Source: a virus (taxonomy: Duplodnaviria; Heunggongvirae; Uroviricota; Caudoviricetes). From it: a DNA stretch of 64,000 bases. The DNA is taken from the IMG/VR virus record IMGVR_UViG_3300012573_000004. The stretch is one strand, 5' to 3'. Positions 28,872 to 38,749 of this stretch are shown piece after piece (positions within the stretch are counted from its first letter, which is position 1; every line of letters starts with the position of its first letter). The position numbers and the translations under genes are program-made. A model generated the notes under the pieces. It ran no database searches, had not been told where the DNA came from, and was given only the letters and a program-made list of their open reading frames with translations.

Positions 28872-30710
28872 CTAGAAAAAGATTCCTTTAACCTTATCCC
28901 AGAAACTTAGTGATACATTTCCTCCAGTGTTAACCTCTGGACCAGCCTTAGAAGTGTCACGAGAAGGTGTATCACCACTCATCTTCTGTGGTTGGTAAGG
29001 GGTGGATGAATCTGAAGGAATGAAAGGTGTTTCTTGTGTGTTTCCTGCTGGAGAAACAGGAGTAGTAGAAGGGGTTACAGGGGTTGTCTTTGCTACCTCT
29101 GTTCCTTCATGGGTATCTTCATCAACAGAAGTGGATGGAGACTTTTTGGTTTGTGATGTAGAAACATCTTCACGAGGAGACTTGGAGGTACTTGGAGTCT
29201 TGGAAGTACTTGGTGTAGCTGTGTCCCTTCTTGGTGTTGTGGAAGTACTTGGAGACTCTGACTTGCCTGGCTTATCTGGGGTGTCAGGAGTGTCAGGAGC
29301 ATCAGGCTTATCTGGGTTATCAGGAGTATTAGGCTCATCGGGAGTGTCAGACTTTTCAGGCTCATTAACTATAGCGCCCATACCAAAACTTGCTCCAGTT
29401 CTATCATGGATAACAAACTTCCTAGCAGTCTTGTCAACCTTATATCCCTCTGGAGCTTTAGATTCTGTTAGCTCATATCTTCCTTCAGGAAGAGCAACGT
29501 TAATAAGACCATCTTCTTTATAGAGATCTTCCAAAACACCTTTTTCTTCGCTTCCAGGCTTCTTGTTGTCTGTGACAGTGAATTCTTCTTTAGTACCAAG
29601 ATTCTTAATCTTCCAAGAAGAACCAGCAAGAAGTTTATTGTCCTTATCAGTCTTTCTTAGGGTTAAACCGTTGTCAGAAGGGTACATGTAATCACTCTTA
29701 CGGATAAGGAAATCTTTGGCTCCTTCAACTTGTTTGCCTGCAATGCGGGACACAGAATCAGGCTTAACAAATACCCTTGGTCCACAGGTTGCAAATGCTT
29801 GGTATTCATGGGATAATTCTTTTTCCCCAGTGTCTGGATTCTCAATATATTCTCTACTAGACATCATATATCTTCCATCTTTCCTAGTCTTCAAGGCATA
29901 AGACTTCTCATAGGAAGTATTAATAGAAAAGACATCATCATGTTTCATAAAGAAATCAAATCTTTCACTCAAAGAAAGACCCTTTTCAGGCATAAGTTCT
30001 GGCTTTAGCTTAAGCCTTTGTATGAAATCCTCTCCATAAGGAGAATATCCCTCATATGCTTCTCCTTTCATGCCATCTCCAAAAGTAAACCCCCATTGAT
30101 TATAAAGTTTAGCATTATACTTTTTCCCATTCTCAGGATCTTTCTTCCATTCTACCATCTCTTTAGGGAGATAGTTTTCTGGTTTGAACAACCTATAGAA
30201 GTATTTTTCTTCAATATTAGGATCTCTATCTTCCTTTGCTACGTTAGTAGCAATGAAATACTTATCCTTACCCTTAACTTTCATCAATTTTGGCTTTTTA
30301 TCATCAGGGTAGTTCTGTACTAGGTAGGTGTAGTCCCCTGGAGCATCCCAGCTTGACTCTTCAAGATTATTGAGCTCCTCTTCAGTGGGGTGTTCATAAC
30401 CACCATCTATTGGGGAAGCTCCATCGTAAATAGCTGTATCAACATCTCCTGCCTCTTTGAGCTTATCTTGGAAGTCTTTATCCATAACATCTTCACAATG
30501 TAGCCATTCTCCCCACTTCCAACTGTCTTTAGTATCAGTATCAGATGGGTAAATGTTATCTACATCTCTTTCTTCAGCGGTTGGGTAAGGATGATCCCAG
30601 GGGTAGTCTTCATCAGTCATTTCAGATGCAGAAGCTACTCCCCCCCCTATGACTGTGGATAATGCCAGTGACAAAGCAAACACACTACTAGTCTTCTTTT
30701 TTAGAGACAT
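28872..30710 (-). CDS. Secreted cell-surface protein with SpaA/prealbumin-like (CnaB-type) domain and P/D/T/S-rich linker
   Basis: Signal peptide ending ASA-SE; LTLRKTD...LAG..W...LPEGRYELTESKAPEGY domain; PDTPDKP repeats; C-terminal VNTGG...SFWDKVKGIFF tail. Confidence 0.8.
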   Translation of the reverse strand: MSLKKKTSSVFALSLALSTVIGGGVASASEMTDEDYPWDHPYPTAEERDVDNIYPSDTDTKDSWKWGEWLHCEDVMDKDFQDKLKEAGDVDTAIYDGASPIDGGYEHPTEEELNNLEESSWDAPGDYTYLVQNYPDDKKPKLMKVKGKDKYFIATNVAKEDRDPNIEEKYFYRLFKPENYLPKEMVEWKKDPENGKKYNAKLYNQWGFTFGDGMKGEAYEGYSPYGEDFIQRLKLKPELMPEKGLSLSERFDFFMKHDDVFSINTSYEKSYALKTRKDGRYMMSSREYIENPDTGEKELSHEYQAFATCGPRVFVKPDSVSRIAGKQVEGAKDFLIRKSDYMYPSDNGLTLRKTDKDNKLLAGSSWKIKNLGTKEEFTVTDNKKPGSEEKGVLEDLYKEDGLINVALPEGRYELTESKAPEGYKVDKTARKFVIHDRTGASFGMGAIVNEPEKSDTPDEPNTPDNPDKPDAPDTPDTPDKPGKSESPSTSTTPRRDTATPSTSKTPSTSKSPREDVSTSQTKKSPSTSVDEDTHEGTEVAKTTPVTPSTTPVSPAGNTQETPFIPSDSSTPYQPQKMSGDTPSRDTSKAGPEVNTGGNVSLSFWDKVKGIFF

Positions 30711-30919
30711 TTTTTCTTTTCCTTTCAAGTAAGAGCAAACTGCATATTCACATCAAAGCAGTTTAAAAACATTGGTTTCATATTGATTATACACCTTGCA
30801 TTAATATTTGGATTAATGTCAGCACACATATTTGTGTCCCTTTTTGATTCTCTTTCCTAGCTATAACAAAAAACACCACTAGTTATAAAAACCAGTGGTG
30901 TTTTACTCCCTGTTAGGTG

Positions 30920-31654
30920 TTAAATGTTCTTCACATCTCCTAGATCCATAGTGATATCTACAAAATCCTGTGCATCCTTATCAGGGATGATACCTACCCT
31001 ATCACCAGCCCAGGTTCCAGCAAGTTCCTTATCATAAGGATCTCCACCTCCACGAGCACCACCCTTGGTAGAGCCTGCAAGAAGGATAAATGCAGCAGTC
31101 ATAACATCTCCACTAAAGTACTGTACAATCTGACGCATAGTGCGTCCTGCACCTACATACTTCTCCTTGGTGTCATAGTTAACAAAAGCCATAACCTCAT
31201 TGTCATCTAGATGATCTAGAGCACTACCCTGTGCAATGAAATCACCATGATCATCTTCTACAAACTCCAAGCCAGCAACAGATTCGCTGTGGTAGTTATG
31301 TAGAGTGGTAATGTTTCCATCCATTCCCTGAATCTTAAAGGAGTCCTTGACAAGCTCCATGCTAGTGTTATCCTTCAAAACCTTGCGAGCAAGCCAGCCT
31401 ACATTCTTGTAGGAATCCATATCCTCTTGGTAGAACTTAACAGCGTTGTCTACACCATTGATGTCATTTTCTTCAACATAGTCTCCTACCAAAAAGACTC
31501 GCTCACCATTCCAACCGTCTGCAAGCAAAAGAGCTAGTGCTGCAGTGGAGTTGAAAGACATTGCCTGCTCTAGCAACTTGTTACCATTTCCTAAAGACTG
31601 TGGGGAATAAAAGAATCCCTTGTCCATATTCACTACCTGATGGTACTGACCCAT
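30920..31654 (-). CDS. Hypothetical phage protein with internal duplication
   Basis: MGQYH..VN.DK...GWNGERV...GDY is echoed by VNYDTKE...GTWAGDRV; promoter module upstream. Confidence 0.75.
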   Translation of the reverse strand: MGQYHQVVNMDKGFFYSPQSLGNGNKLLEQAMSFNSTAALALLLADGWNGERVFLVGDYVEENDINGVDNAVKFYQEDMDSYKNVGWLARKVLKDNTSMELVKDSFKIQGMDGNITTLHNYHSESVAGLEFVEDDHGDFIAQGSALDHLDDNEVMAFVNYDTKEKYVGAGRTMRQIVQYFSGDVMTAAFILLAGSTKGGARGGGDPYDKELAGTWAGDRVGIIPDKDAQDFVDITMDLGDVKNI

Positions 31655-31661
31655 TTTCTAC

Positions 31662-31768
31662 ATCTCCTTGTATTGATGTGTTGTTTTCCTCTTGAACACT
31701 TATTACTTTAGTGGATGGTTATCAGGTGATCAAGTTGTAGAGGGAAAGATACCCCCTATATAGGGGGT
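31662..31768 (-). promoter_or_regulatory. Conserved promoter module with perfect palindromic box
   Basis: ACCCCCTATATAGGGGGT (31751-31768), TTGATC-17-TAAAGT, GTTCAAGAGGAAAACAACAC leader. Confidence 0.82.
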
Positions 31769-31893
31769 AGAGTATATATTTGTGTCCCTTTTTATTTTAA
31801 GGTGTGCTCTTCCCAGCAAAAAACACACCTCTTTCAATGTTGCATTGCTTATACAGCATTAAAAGAGATGTGTTTTTCTGCTTTTCACACGCT

Positions 31894-32295
31894 CTATCTT
31901 CCTAGAGTCTTCCAATCTTGATTCATGATCTCCCTTAGCTCATGATCATATTTGATATTAAAAGTGATGGATAGAACATCAGACTCATTATCCCCCATCA
32001 TTGTTGTATCTAGGTATCCATCATCAATATCACAGTTTGACAAGACTACTCCTTCAAAAACCATCCTAGGATCCACATTAGTATATACATACCTATTTTC
32101 TAGGTTTTCATCTTGGTAGAGCTTGTCTTTGACAATCTTTTCAGCAATCTTTCCTGCTACCTGACCGAGAGTGCGATTATTTATAGCATCACGCTTTTTG
32201 TTAAGATTATGAATCTCTTCTCTATTTTTTAAGATTTCCTTTTCTAGTTGATCAATATTCTCATCTAGCTGATTGATATCCATATTCTCATCCAT
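31894..32295 (-). CDS. Hypothetical protein, family G
   Basis: NM.I.QLDE.I, DKLYQ...LE.RYV and LS.TFNIKYD shared with 44408. Confidence 0.8.
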   Translation of the reverse strand: MDENMDINQLDENIDQLEKEILKNREEIHNLNKKRDAINNRTLGQVAGKIAEKIVKDKLYQDENLENRYVYTNVDPRMVFEGVVLSNCDIDDGYLDTTMMGDNESDVLSITFNIKYDHELREIMNQDWKTLGR

Positions 32296-32443
32296 GATTT
32301 TCTCCTTCTTGTGATGATATTTTGCAATTTGATTGATATGTATTTAAATATACATCATAATGTGTTTTCTGTCTACCCAACAGCTGCATAAATGCTTACA
32401 TTATGCTATAATAGTATAACTAAATACTAAAAGGAGTTATACT

Positions 32444-33064
32444 ATGCCAATTAGAGTAAAAGATGCAGCTGAGATTTTACAAATTTCACCTGGAACTGTG
32501 CGTAATTGGTGTGCTGATGGCAAGTTAAACTACTCCCTTTCTGCTGCTGGTCAAAAGGTTTTTGATTATGACTATCTTATCCAATTTAAGAATGAAAGAT
32601 TAGGAATTGAACAAGAACCAGAAGTCAAAATCTTTTATGCACGGTCTAGTAATAAAAATGATGTTTCTATTGACACACAGCTAAAAAAGATGGAAAGAAA
32701 ATATGGTAAATCTGATTTTTCTTTCACAGACAATGCTTCAGGTCTTAATGAAAATAGAAAAGGGCTAAATAAGCTTATATCATTAATAAAAGAGAATGAC
32801 AAACCCAAAATACTTTATATCACCAACAAAGATAGGTTGGCTATATTTGGCTTTACATATCTTGAAAAGCTATTTGAAAAATGCAACTGCAAGATTGTAG
32901 TTTTGGATTCTGATGACACCAAAGAACCTCATGATGTTCTCATGAAAGATTTCATGAGTGTTTCAGCATCATTTTCTGGAAAGTTTTATGGGCTAAGAGG
33001 ATGGAAGCAAATAAAAAGATTTCTTAATGATGTATTACAAGAGGTGAAAAAGCATGAGAAATAG
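32444..33064 (+). CDS. tnpA: IS607 transposase (MerR-like HTH plus serine recombinase)
   Basis: N-terminal AAEIL.IS..TVRNW HTH; YARSS, D.ASG, DRL..FG and SFSGKFYG motifs. Confidence 0.9.
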   Translation: MPIRVKDAAEILQISPGTVRNWCADGKLNYSLSAAGQKVFDYDYLIQFKNERLGIEQEPEVKIFYARSSNKNDVSIDTQLKKMERKYGKSDFSFTDNASGLNENRKGLNKLISLIKENDKPKILYITNKDRLAIFGFTYLEKLFEKCNCKIVVLDSDDTKEPHDVLMKDFMSVSASFSGKFYGLRGWKQIKRFLNDVLQEVKKHEK

Positions 33065-34640
33065 CAATGAGTTATTCAGATCTATTATCACCTCACCCTT
33101 TGCTGCTTCTGATAAAAATGGACAGGTTGTTGATACAGGAGAAGTATTAAGTGATCTCAAAAGTGAAATAATACTTATTACAGATGTAGCAGAAATGAAC
33201 ATCACAATAGAAAATAAAAACTTAGTAGATAATTTCATAGAATATAGAAAGAAAAGCAAGCTACCCAATCTCAACAATGCAGAAATAGCTAGAAGGTTAG
33301 AAATAGCATACCCTAAGGATTTTTATTATCCTGGGAAATCTGGACGATCTAGGGTAAATAAGCTTTTTGGAGCTAGAGTTGTATCAGAATGCAAATCATG
33401 GATTGAAAGATGTAAAGCAGTAGAAGGGACATCAAATAAATATATCTCTCAAGGTTGGTCAAGAACTGCACAATCTTGCAAACCACGCAATCTATCACCA
33501 AAGATAAACCTAGGAGATGTAGATAAAGCATACTGCACAATGGACATAGTTGATGACACCATTGTCTTAGATTTGGTTGTGCAAGGAAAATGGTACAAGT
33601 TCTACTTTGATTATGATAAAAGATTTCATAATGCTGATGACATAGCAAAACCATCTATCTATGTAGATAATAATGGTAAAGTGAGGTTTTCCTTTCCTGT
33701 TGTGTATAAGTACAACTTCTCTCATTTTAGCAGTAGGTATGTGGTAGGAGTAGATGTAGGAATAACCAACTATGCAACTGTTGTTGTCTATGACACAAAA
33801 GAGAAAAGAATAGCTCACTCTACTACACTTTCACAAAGAGTTCATGGCTTAGCCAATAAAGTCAAAAAGTCTAATGTTCAAGTATCTTCTCTACAGAATA
33901 AGGGAAGAAAAGATGAAGCTATGCTACATAGATCTTCAAATTCCAAAAGGAAAAGAGAACTGGCAATCTTAGCTGCTCAAGAGATTGCTAAGATTTCTTA
34001 TGTTTGGGATAATGCTATTGTAGTTTTTGAAGATCTATCCTGGATTAAAAACACCATGGAAAATGGTAGGTGGAATAGAGGAGAACTGGTTAAAAGGACC
34101 ACTGAACAAGTAGAACTTAATGGTGGAAGAGTTATTAAAACTAGTTGTTATAACACTTCCCAAGTGTGTTGTAGCTGTGGAAGAAAGATAACTTTCAAAG
34201 GATATCATGTTGTAATATGCAACTTTTGTAATACCACATTAGATAGAGACATCAATGCAACTGCTAACGTTGCTAAAAGGATTACTATTTCTAGAAATGA
34301 AAATCCTTTTAGCACTTTTTCTAAGATGATAAAAACTAGAAATACTAAGAAAAATTCTAAAAATGCACACAAGAAAAGGTCTAAAAATGGTTCAGGGAAA
34401 ACATTAAAATTCCCAGGAAGAGATAGGACAAAAAATAAACCAACACCAAAAAGAAAGAAGAGAAAAGAGGTGAAACCATTAACACAATGCTCTGCGCAGA
34501 ACAACAATGATTCTAGGGTAGCGTTAGATGCATTTTGCAGCAGCGACTGTAAATGTATGACCATAAAAGGCAGCATGAAAGTAATCTATGATACAAATGA
34601 CACTTCCAAAATGGATGTTAAATGTATCATAGTGCAATAA
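33054..34640 (+). CDS. tnpB: IS607-associated TnpB
   Basis: GVDVG, VFEDL, TSQVCCSCG...CNFC and DRDINA RuvC/zinc-finger motifs; lysine-rich C-terminal extension. Confidence 0.88.
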   Translation: MRNSNELFRSIITSPFAASDKNGQVVDTGEVLSDLKSEIILITDVAEMNITIENKNLVDNFIEYRKKSKLPNLNNAEIARRLEIAYPKDFYYPGKSGRSRVNKLFGARVVSECKSWIERCKAVEGTSNKYISQGWSRTAQSCKPRNLSPKINLGDVDKAYCTMDIVDDTIVLDLVVQGKWYKFYFDYDKRFHNADDIAKPSIYVDNNGKVRFSFPVVYKYNFSHFSSRYVVGVDVGITNYATVVVYDTKEKRIAHSTTLSQRVHGLANKVKKSNVQVSSLQNKGRKDEAMLHRSSNSKRKRELAILAAQEIAKISYVWDNAIVVFEDLSWIKNTMENGRWNRGELVKRTTEQVELNGGRVIKTSCYNTSQVCCSCGRKITFKGYHVVICNFCNTTLDRDINATANVAKRITISRNENPFSTFSKMIKTRNTKKNSKNAHKKRSKNGSGKTLKFPGRDRTKNKPTPKRKKRKEVKPLTQCSAQNNNDSRVALDAFCSSDCKCMTIKGSMKVIYDTNDTSKMDVKCIIVQ

Positions 34641-34697
34641 ACTTTCTACTCTCATGTGGATAATGTTTTGTGCTTCTACTGCAGTAATACTCATGAG

Positions 34698-34907
34698 CTA
34701 TTCCTCTTCACCAAGAAAGACCTCTACAGCACTAGGTGCCCAGCCATATTCTACTTCACCATGTTGATTGACAACATCAACAAGACGATCTTCTCGCAGG
34801 TTTTTTACAATGATACCCTTGCCACGTGCTAGCCCAGGAAGACCTGCACAGTTAGCACGCTTTTCACCCAAAAGGCAATCAATCTTGTATAGCTTGTAGT
34901 TTTCCAT
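34698..34907 (-). CDS. Small hypothetical protein
   Basis: GAGGAG RBS. Confidence 0.65.
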   Translation of the reverse strand: MENYKLYKIDCLLGEKRANCAGLPGLARGKGIIVKNLREDRLVDVVNQHGEVEYGWAPSAVEVFLGEEE

Positions 34908-34986
34908 ATGTGTTTCTCCTCTTTTGTGATAGATTTTTGCTTTTTCAATACTACTTGTTAGTGATATAAGTTTTCAACTTAACAAC

Positions 34987-35472
34987 CTACATCTCAAAAA
35001 TATCCTCCCCAGCATCAAAGTATCCATAAACATCATCAACAGTGATATCTCCATCATAGATATGCTGGAAACTACCTGTCATATCTTCGCTAACATGAGG
35101 GTGGTTTACAAACCATTGTTCTCCCTCACCTGTCATAGGGTAGACAGCATATTTGTTATTTTCCCCATCTTCTACATAGTAGAAATCATCATGTACAAGA
35201 CCAGAATCTACCAGCTGTGCAATAATCTCCTCATCAAGATCTGGGTTGATTACTACATCTGTAGCTTCATTGTGTAGCTCTACATAAGGGTTATCAGTGA
35301 TAACTGCAGACATTTCAGCTTCATCCCAACCAGAGTTATAGGAATAAAAGACTAAACATGCATGTCCAGTATCACCATAGGTATCAGCGTTAACCCAGCA
35401 GTCAGTAATATCTCCTTGGGTGTTTTCTCCTTCGCATTCCCAGCCATAGGTGATGATGTCATCATTTGTCAT
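34987..35472 (-). CDS. Hypothetical acidic protein (weakly DUF4313-like)
   Basis: Start reassigned to MTNDDII; the family resemblance is only a weak pattern match. Confidence 0.65.
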   Translation of the reverse strand: MTNDDIITYGWECEGENTQGDITDCWVNADTYGDTGHACLVFYSYNSGWDEAEMSAVITDNPYVELHNEATDVVINPDLDEEIIAQLVDSGLVHDDFYYVEDGENNKYAVYPMTGEGEQWFVNHPHVSEDMTGSFQHIYDGDITVDDVYGYFDAGEDIFEM

Positions 35473-35670
35473 GATAAGTTTTCCTTTCTTTTCATACATT
35501 TCTTTATATCTACAATGATATCTTAAACATTGTTTATGATTCAACTACAGGGGGTAGCAAATGGGGGTGGGTTGTGCATTTGTGTCCCTTTTTTCATAAA
35601 TACCCCCCCTTGATACAAGAAAACACCATCTAGAAGTACCCTTTCTAGATGGTGTTTCAATGATGAGATC

Positions 35671-36060
35671 TTATCCCCAGCTTAGATAACCTTCCTCATA
35701 GTACATCTTTCCATCAACAAAATGGAATCTCCACATTTCATATTGCTCACCAATAAACTCAATATAAGAATCATTTTCAACATAGGGAGCGATAGAGTTC
35801 AAGAATATTTCTTCATCACCCATAGTGCCGTTGAAACCTATGATCTTAAGATTTCCAGATTGATCATCTATCTCAGTAGCAAGACGCAAATACTCTAGAA
35901 TCTCTTGTGCGCTCGTGCATTCTTGGGTGAAACCAATTGGTGATAGTCCAAATTCTCTTTTTTGATCAAAAGCACACATTGCTTGATAAGCATCTTCAAG
36001 ATGTTTAGCTGGAATACTAAGCTCAACCATCATATTATCCGCCCAATGGCTCATTGTCAT
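35671..36060 (-). CDS. Hypothetical acidic protein, family B (short form)
   Basis: IP..HL..AY and G.MGDE.IFL..IAPYVE..SYIE motifs. Confidence 0.78.
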   Translation of the reverse strand: MTMSHWADNMMVELSIPAKHLEDAYQAMCAFDQKREFGLSPIGFTQECTSAQEILEYLRLATEIDDQSGNLKIIGFNGTMGDEEIFLNSIAPYVENDSYIEFIGEQYEMWRFHFVDGKMYYEEGYLSWG

Positions 36061-36212
36061 TCCTCTTTTCTTAAAATAAGCAGTTCTTAGATATGTTTTC
36101 TCTTTATAATATCATTATTTACAACAAAACACCACTTGGAAAATCATCCTAAGTGGTGTTTTTAGCCATGCACAAGTGAGAATCCAGTGAGGTATTTATC
36201 CTCACCTATGAA

Positions 36213-36611
36213 TCACTTTTCTGATTCCCCATTTTGTGACTTTACATATTCTAAGATTTTATCTTGTGATACCTTTCCTACTGTATTACAGTCATATCCC
36301 CCATTCCAGAGTTTTTTCTTCTCACCCCGGTAAAAAGAAGATAAGTGTTCAGAGGAATTGTTCCAAAGATGGTATAAACTCCATCCCTTCAACCTGTTGA
36401 CAATCCCTGAAACAGAATATTGTGGTGATGATTTAATAACTAGATGAATATGATTACCATCTTCTATTCCCATGTCTAGAATCTTAAAACAAGAATGATC
36501 TTCTATCTCTCTAAAGGCTCTATAGGTTTCCTGTTCAATACCTAGTAATGCTTTTCTACGATATTTTGTGGTTAAAACCACATGATAAATCAGAGTAGTT
36601 CTTGCTCCCAT
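36213..36611 (-). CDS. tnpA: IS200-type Y1 (HUH) transposase
   Basis: YHVV.TTKYRR, HUH motif NHIHL, LKG, W..GY...TVG, catalytic Y..SQ. Confidence 0.92.
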   Translation of the reverse strand: MGARTTLIYHVVLTTKYRRKALLGIEQETYRAFREIEDHSCFKILDMGIEDGNHIHLVIKSSPQYSVSGIVNRLKGWSLYHLWNNSSEHLSSFYRGEKKKLWNGGYDCNTVGKVSQDKILEYVKSQNGESEK

Positions 36612-36689
36612 TTTTACAACTTTCTAAAATCTATGTTATCCTTATAACTACTATACCAGATAAGACAGAGAAGGTGGTGAAAAGCAAGA

Positions 36690-38024
36690 ATGGCTAGAAG
36701 AAAATCAGCTCCTAAGACTATGACTGATCAAGATCGCTTGGCAAAAAATGAGCGCATCAAAGCTACTGCTATCTCCACACGCAAACGTCGTTCTGGTATG
36801 GATTGCAAGGTTTATTCTGTTAAAGTTTCCAAATCCAGATTAACTGGAGTGCAAAAAGAAGCTTTAACTAGACTTTTCCTAGAAGCTAAATGGACTAGAA
36901 ATGCACTTTTGTCTTCTGGAGTTTTCACTAGAGAAGATCTAAAGAACTTCTCTGATGAAGTTCCAGTTCATACCCCAAACGGTACAGACATAAGAGAAAT
37001 TAGAGTTCTTGGAGGTCAAATTGCTCAAGGTGTATTAGCTGAGCTAAAGACCAATTTAAGACAGCTATCTTCATTAAAGAAGGCTGGACACAAAGTTGGT
37101 CGATTGAATTTCTGCAAAGAGATTACCTCTATTGATTTTGTGCAATATGGGGTTTCTTGGAAATTGAATGCAGAAAAACACAAGATAAAGCTGGCTAATA
37201 TACCTGGTTGGATTAAAGTACATGGTCTTAACCAGCTACCAGAAGGTGCAGAATGTGCTAATGCCAAACTAGTCAAAAAAGCTTCCGGTTACTATATCCA
37301 GATAACCACCTATATTCCCAAAGTGATTAAAGCCACAGAGTCAGGTACAGCAGTTGGCATTGACATGGGTGTTAAGACTGGATTAACCTTGTCAGATGGA
37401 ACCAAGATTAATACTGTATTTGAAGAACCAGAGCGTTTAAAGAGATTGCGCAAAAAGCTATCTCGACAACAAAAAGGCTCTAACAAATATCAGAAAACTT
37501 GGGAACTCATCAACAAAGAGCTAGAAAAGCTTACAAACAAGAAAAATGATGCTGCTAACAAAGTTATTTGCCAGCTAGCTAAAAACGAGACTGTTTATTT
37601 TCAGGATGAAAACATTTCTGGATGGAAGAATAAGAAGTCTAAAGCTAGAGGTAGCAAGAAGATTCATCATGGAATCTTAGGCAGAGTAAAGTCTAGACTA
37701 CAAAAACTAGACAACTCTGTCTGTTTGGATAGATTTTTGCCTACAACTCAACTATGTGTCTGCGGTCTTAAGAATCCACACTCTCTAGATAAACGCATCT
37801 ATTCTTGTACTAGTTGTGGATACACTGAAGATCGTGATGTTCATGCAGCATTGAATATGATAAGGATTGGGAGATTCCTAGAAGAAAACAACTCCACTGA
37901 TCTGGGCCAGATCAGAACTCCTGTGGAGTTTCCTGTAAGACCTGCGGAAATGTCATTTTATGGTATGGAAGCAGGCACTGAGACTATGAAGCAGGAAGCG
38001 GCGATGCCTTTAGCATCGCCGTAG
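36690..38024 (+). CDS. tnpB: TnpB RNA-guided nuclease family protein
   Basis: GIDMG, FQDE, TTQLCVCG...CTSCG, DRDVHAA; clear paralog of the 17106 TnpB. Confidence 0.9.
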   Translation: MARRKSAPKTMTDQDRLAKNERIKATAISTRKRRSGMDCKVYSVKVSKSRLTGVQKEALTRLFLEAKWTRNALLSSGVFTREDLKNFSDEVPVHTPNGTDIREIRVLGGQIAQGVLAELKTNLRQLSSLKKAGHKVGRLNFCKEITSIDFVQYGVSWKLNAEKHKIKLANIPGWIKVHGLNQLPEGAECANAKLVKKASGYYIQITTYIPKVIKATESGTAVGIDMGVKTGLTLSDGTKINTVFEEPERLKRLRKKLSRQQKGSNKYQKTWELINKELEKLTNKKNDAANKVICQLAKNETVYFQDENISGWKNKKSKARGSKKIHHGILGRVKSRLQKLDNSVCLDRFLPTTQLCVCGLKNPHSLDKRIYSCTSCGYTEDRDVHAALNMIRIGRFLEENNSTDLGQIRTPVEFPVRPAEMSFYGMEAGTETMKQEAAMPLASP

Positions 38025-38038
38025 GTCACATAGTAGTT

Positions 38039-38494
38039 CTACTTGTTAAACAAACATATCTCCATATCTCCTTGGAGGAAAGTATACTTCCATACCAGAT
38101 CGTCATCATTGATCCACTCAATATAGGATCCATCCTCCACAAATGGTGCTAGATCTTCAAGGAAAAAATCTTCATCGCCCATCTCACCTTTAAATCCTAC
38201 AATCTCTAGATCACCAGATTGAAGAATCTCTGTTTCAAAACCCAAAGCATGCATGATATCTTCTGTGTTCTTGCACGTTTCATCATAGTTCCACTCCATT
38301 CCATAAAACCACTTATTTGGGTTGTTGGATACAGAAGTGGAATCTTGTGGCTTCTTAGAAAGCTCACCTGAACGTACTCCACCAGACTTCAGAACATCAT
38401 GAGCGTTAAGCTCACATAGAACGTCATAAGCATTATCAAGATAATCATATGGAATAACAAAGTTGGAATCAATGATGCGAATGTTAAAACTCAT
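38039..38494 (-). CDS. Hypothetical acidic protein, family B
   Basis: Start reassigned to MSFNIRIIDSNF; close paralog of 62100 and 62731. Confidence 0.82.
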   Translation of the reverse strand: MSFNIRIIDSNFVIPYDYLDNAYDVLCELNAHDVLKSGGVRSGELSKKPQDSTSVSNNPNKWFYGMEWNYDETCKNTEDIMHALGFETEILQSGDLEIVGFKGEMGDEDFFLEDLAPFVEDGSYIEWINDDDLVWKYTFLQGDMEICLFNK

Positions 38495-38498
38495 GTGT

Positions 38499-38599
38499 TT
38501 CTCCTTGTTTTGAGTGTGGTGTTTTTTGGACACTTACTACTGTAGTGGGTAGTTGAGAAGCATTCAAGCTGTTGAGGTGTAAAATACCCCTGAATGGGT
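38499..38599 (-). promoter_or_regulatory. Conserved promoter module
   Basis: ACCCATTCAGGGGT box, TTGAAT-17-TACAGT, leader, AAGGAG. Confidence 0.72.
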
Positions 38600-38749
38600 G
38601 GGGTATATATTTGTGTCCCTTGTCTCCACACCTTCAAAATACCCTCTATATTGCCTTATAAGAAGATAAACCTCTAAAGGTGTATAAGCAATAGAAAAAC
38701 CTCCTGTATCCTCTTACAAGGAAGCACAGGAGGTGCAGAAGGCGTTATC

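Larger units (their letters stand above)
32375..34660 (+). mobile_element. IS607-family element (boundaries approximate)
   Basis: Serine-recombinase tnpA overlapping tnpB in the same orientation. Confidence 0.8.
36166..38029 (+). mobile_element. IS200/IS605-family element with divergent tnpA and tnpB
   Basis: Left-end GTGAGG...CCTCAC hairpin after TTTAG; right end GGCGATGC-CTTTA-GCATCGCC then GTAGGTCAC; inserted between gene 38039 and its terminator (36127-36163). Confidence 0.85.

Noticed and set aside
29170..29360. Short tandem repeats as a separate mobile or regulatory repeat
   Set aside because: They encode the PDTPDKP and TPSTSK linker of the surface protein
29002..29523. Antisense and alternate-frame ORFs such as 29002-29523, 8967-9314, 14823-15221, 23512-23955
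   Set aside because: Shadows of well-supported genes on the opposite strand, without RBS or promoter
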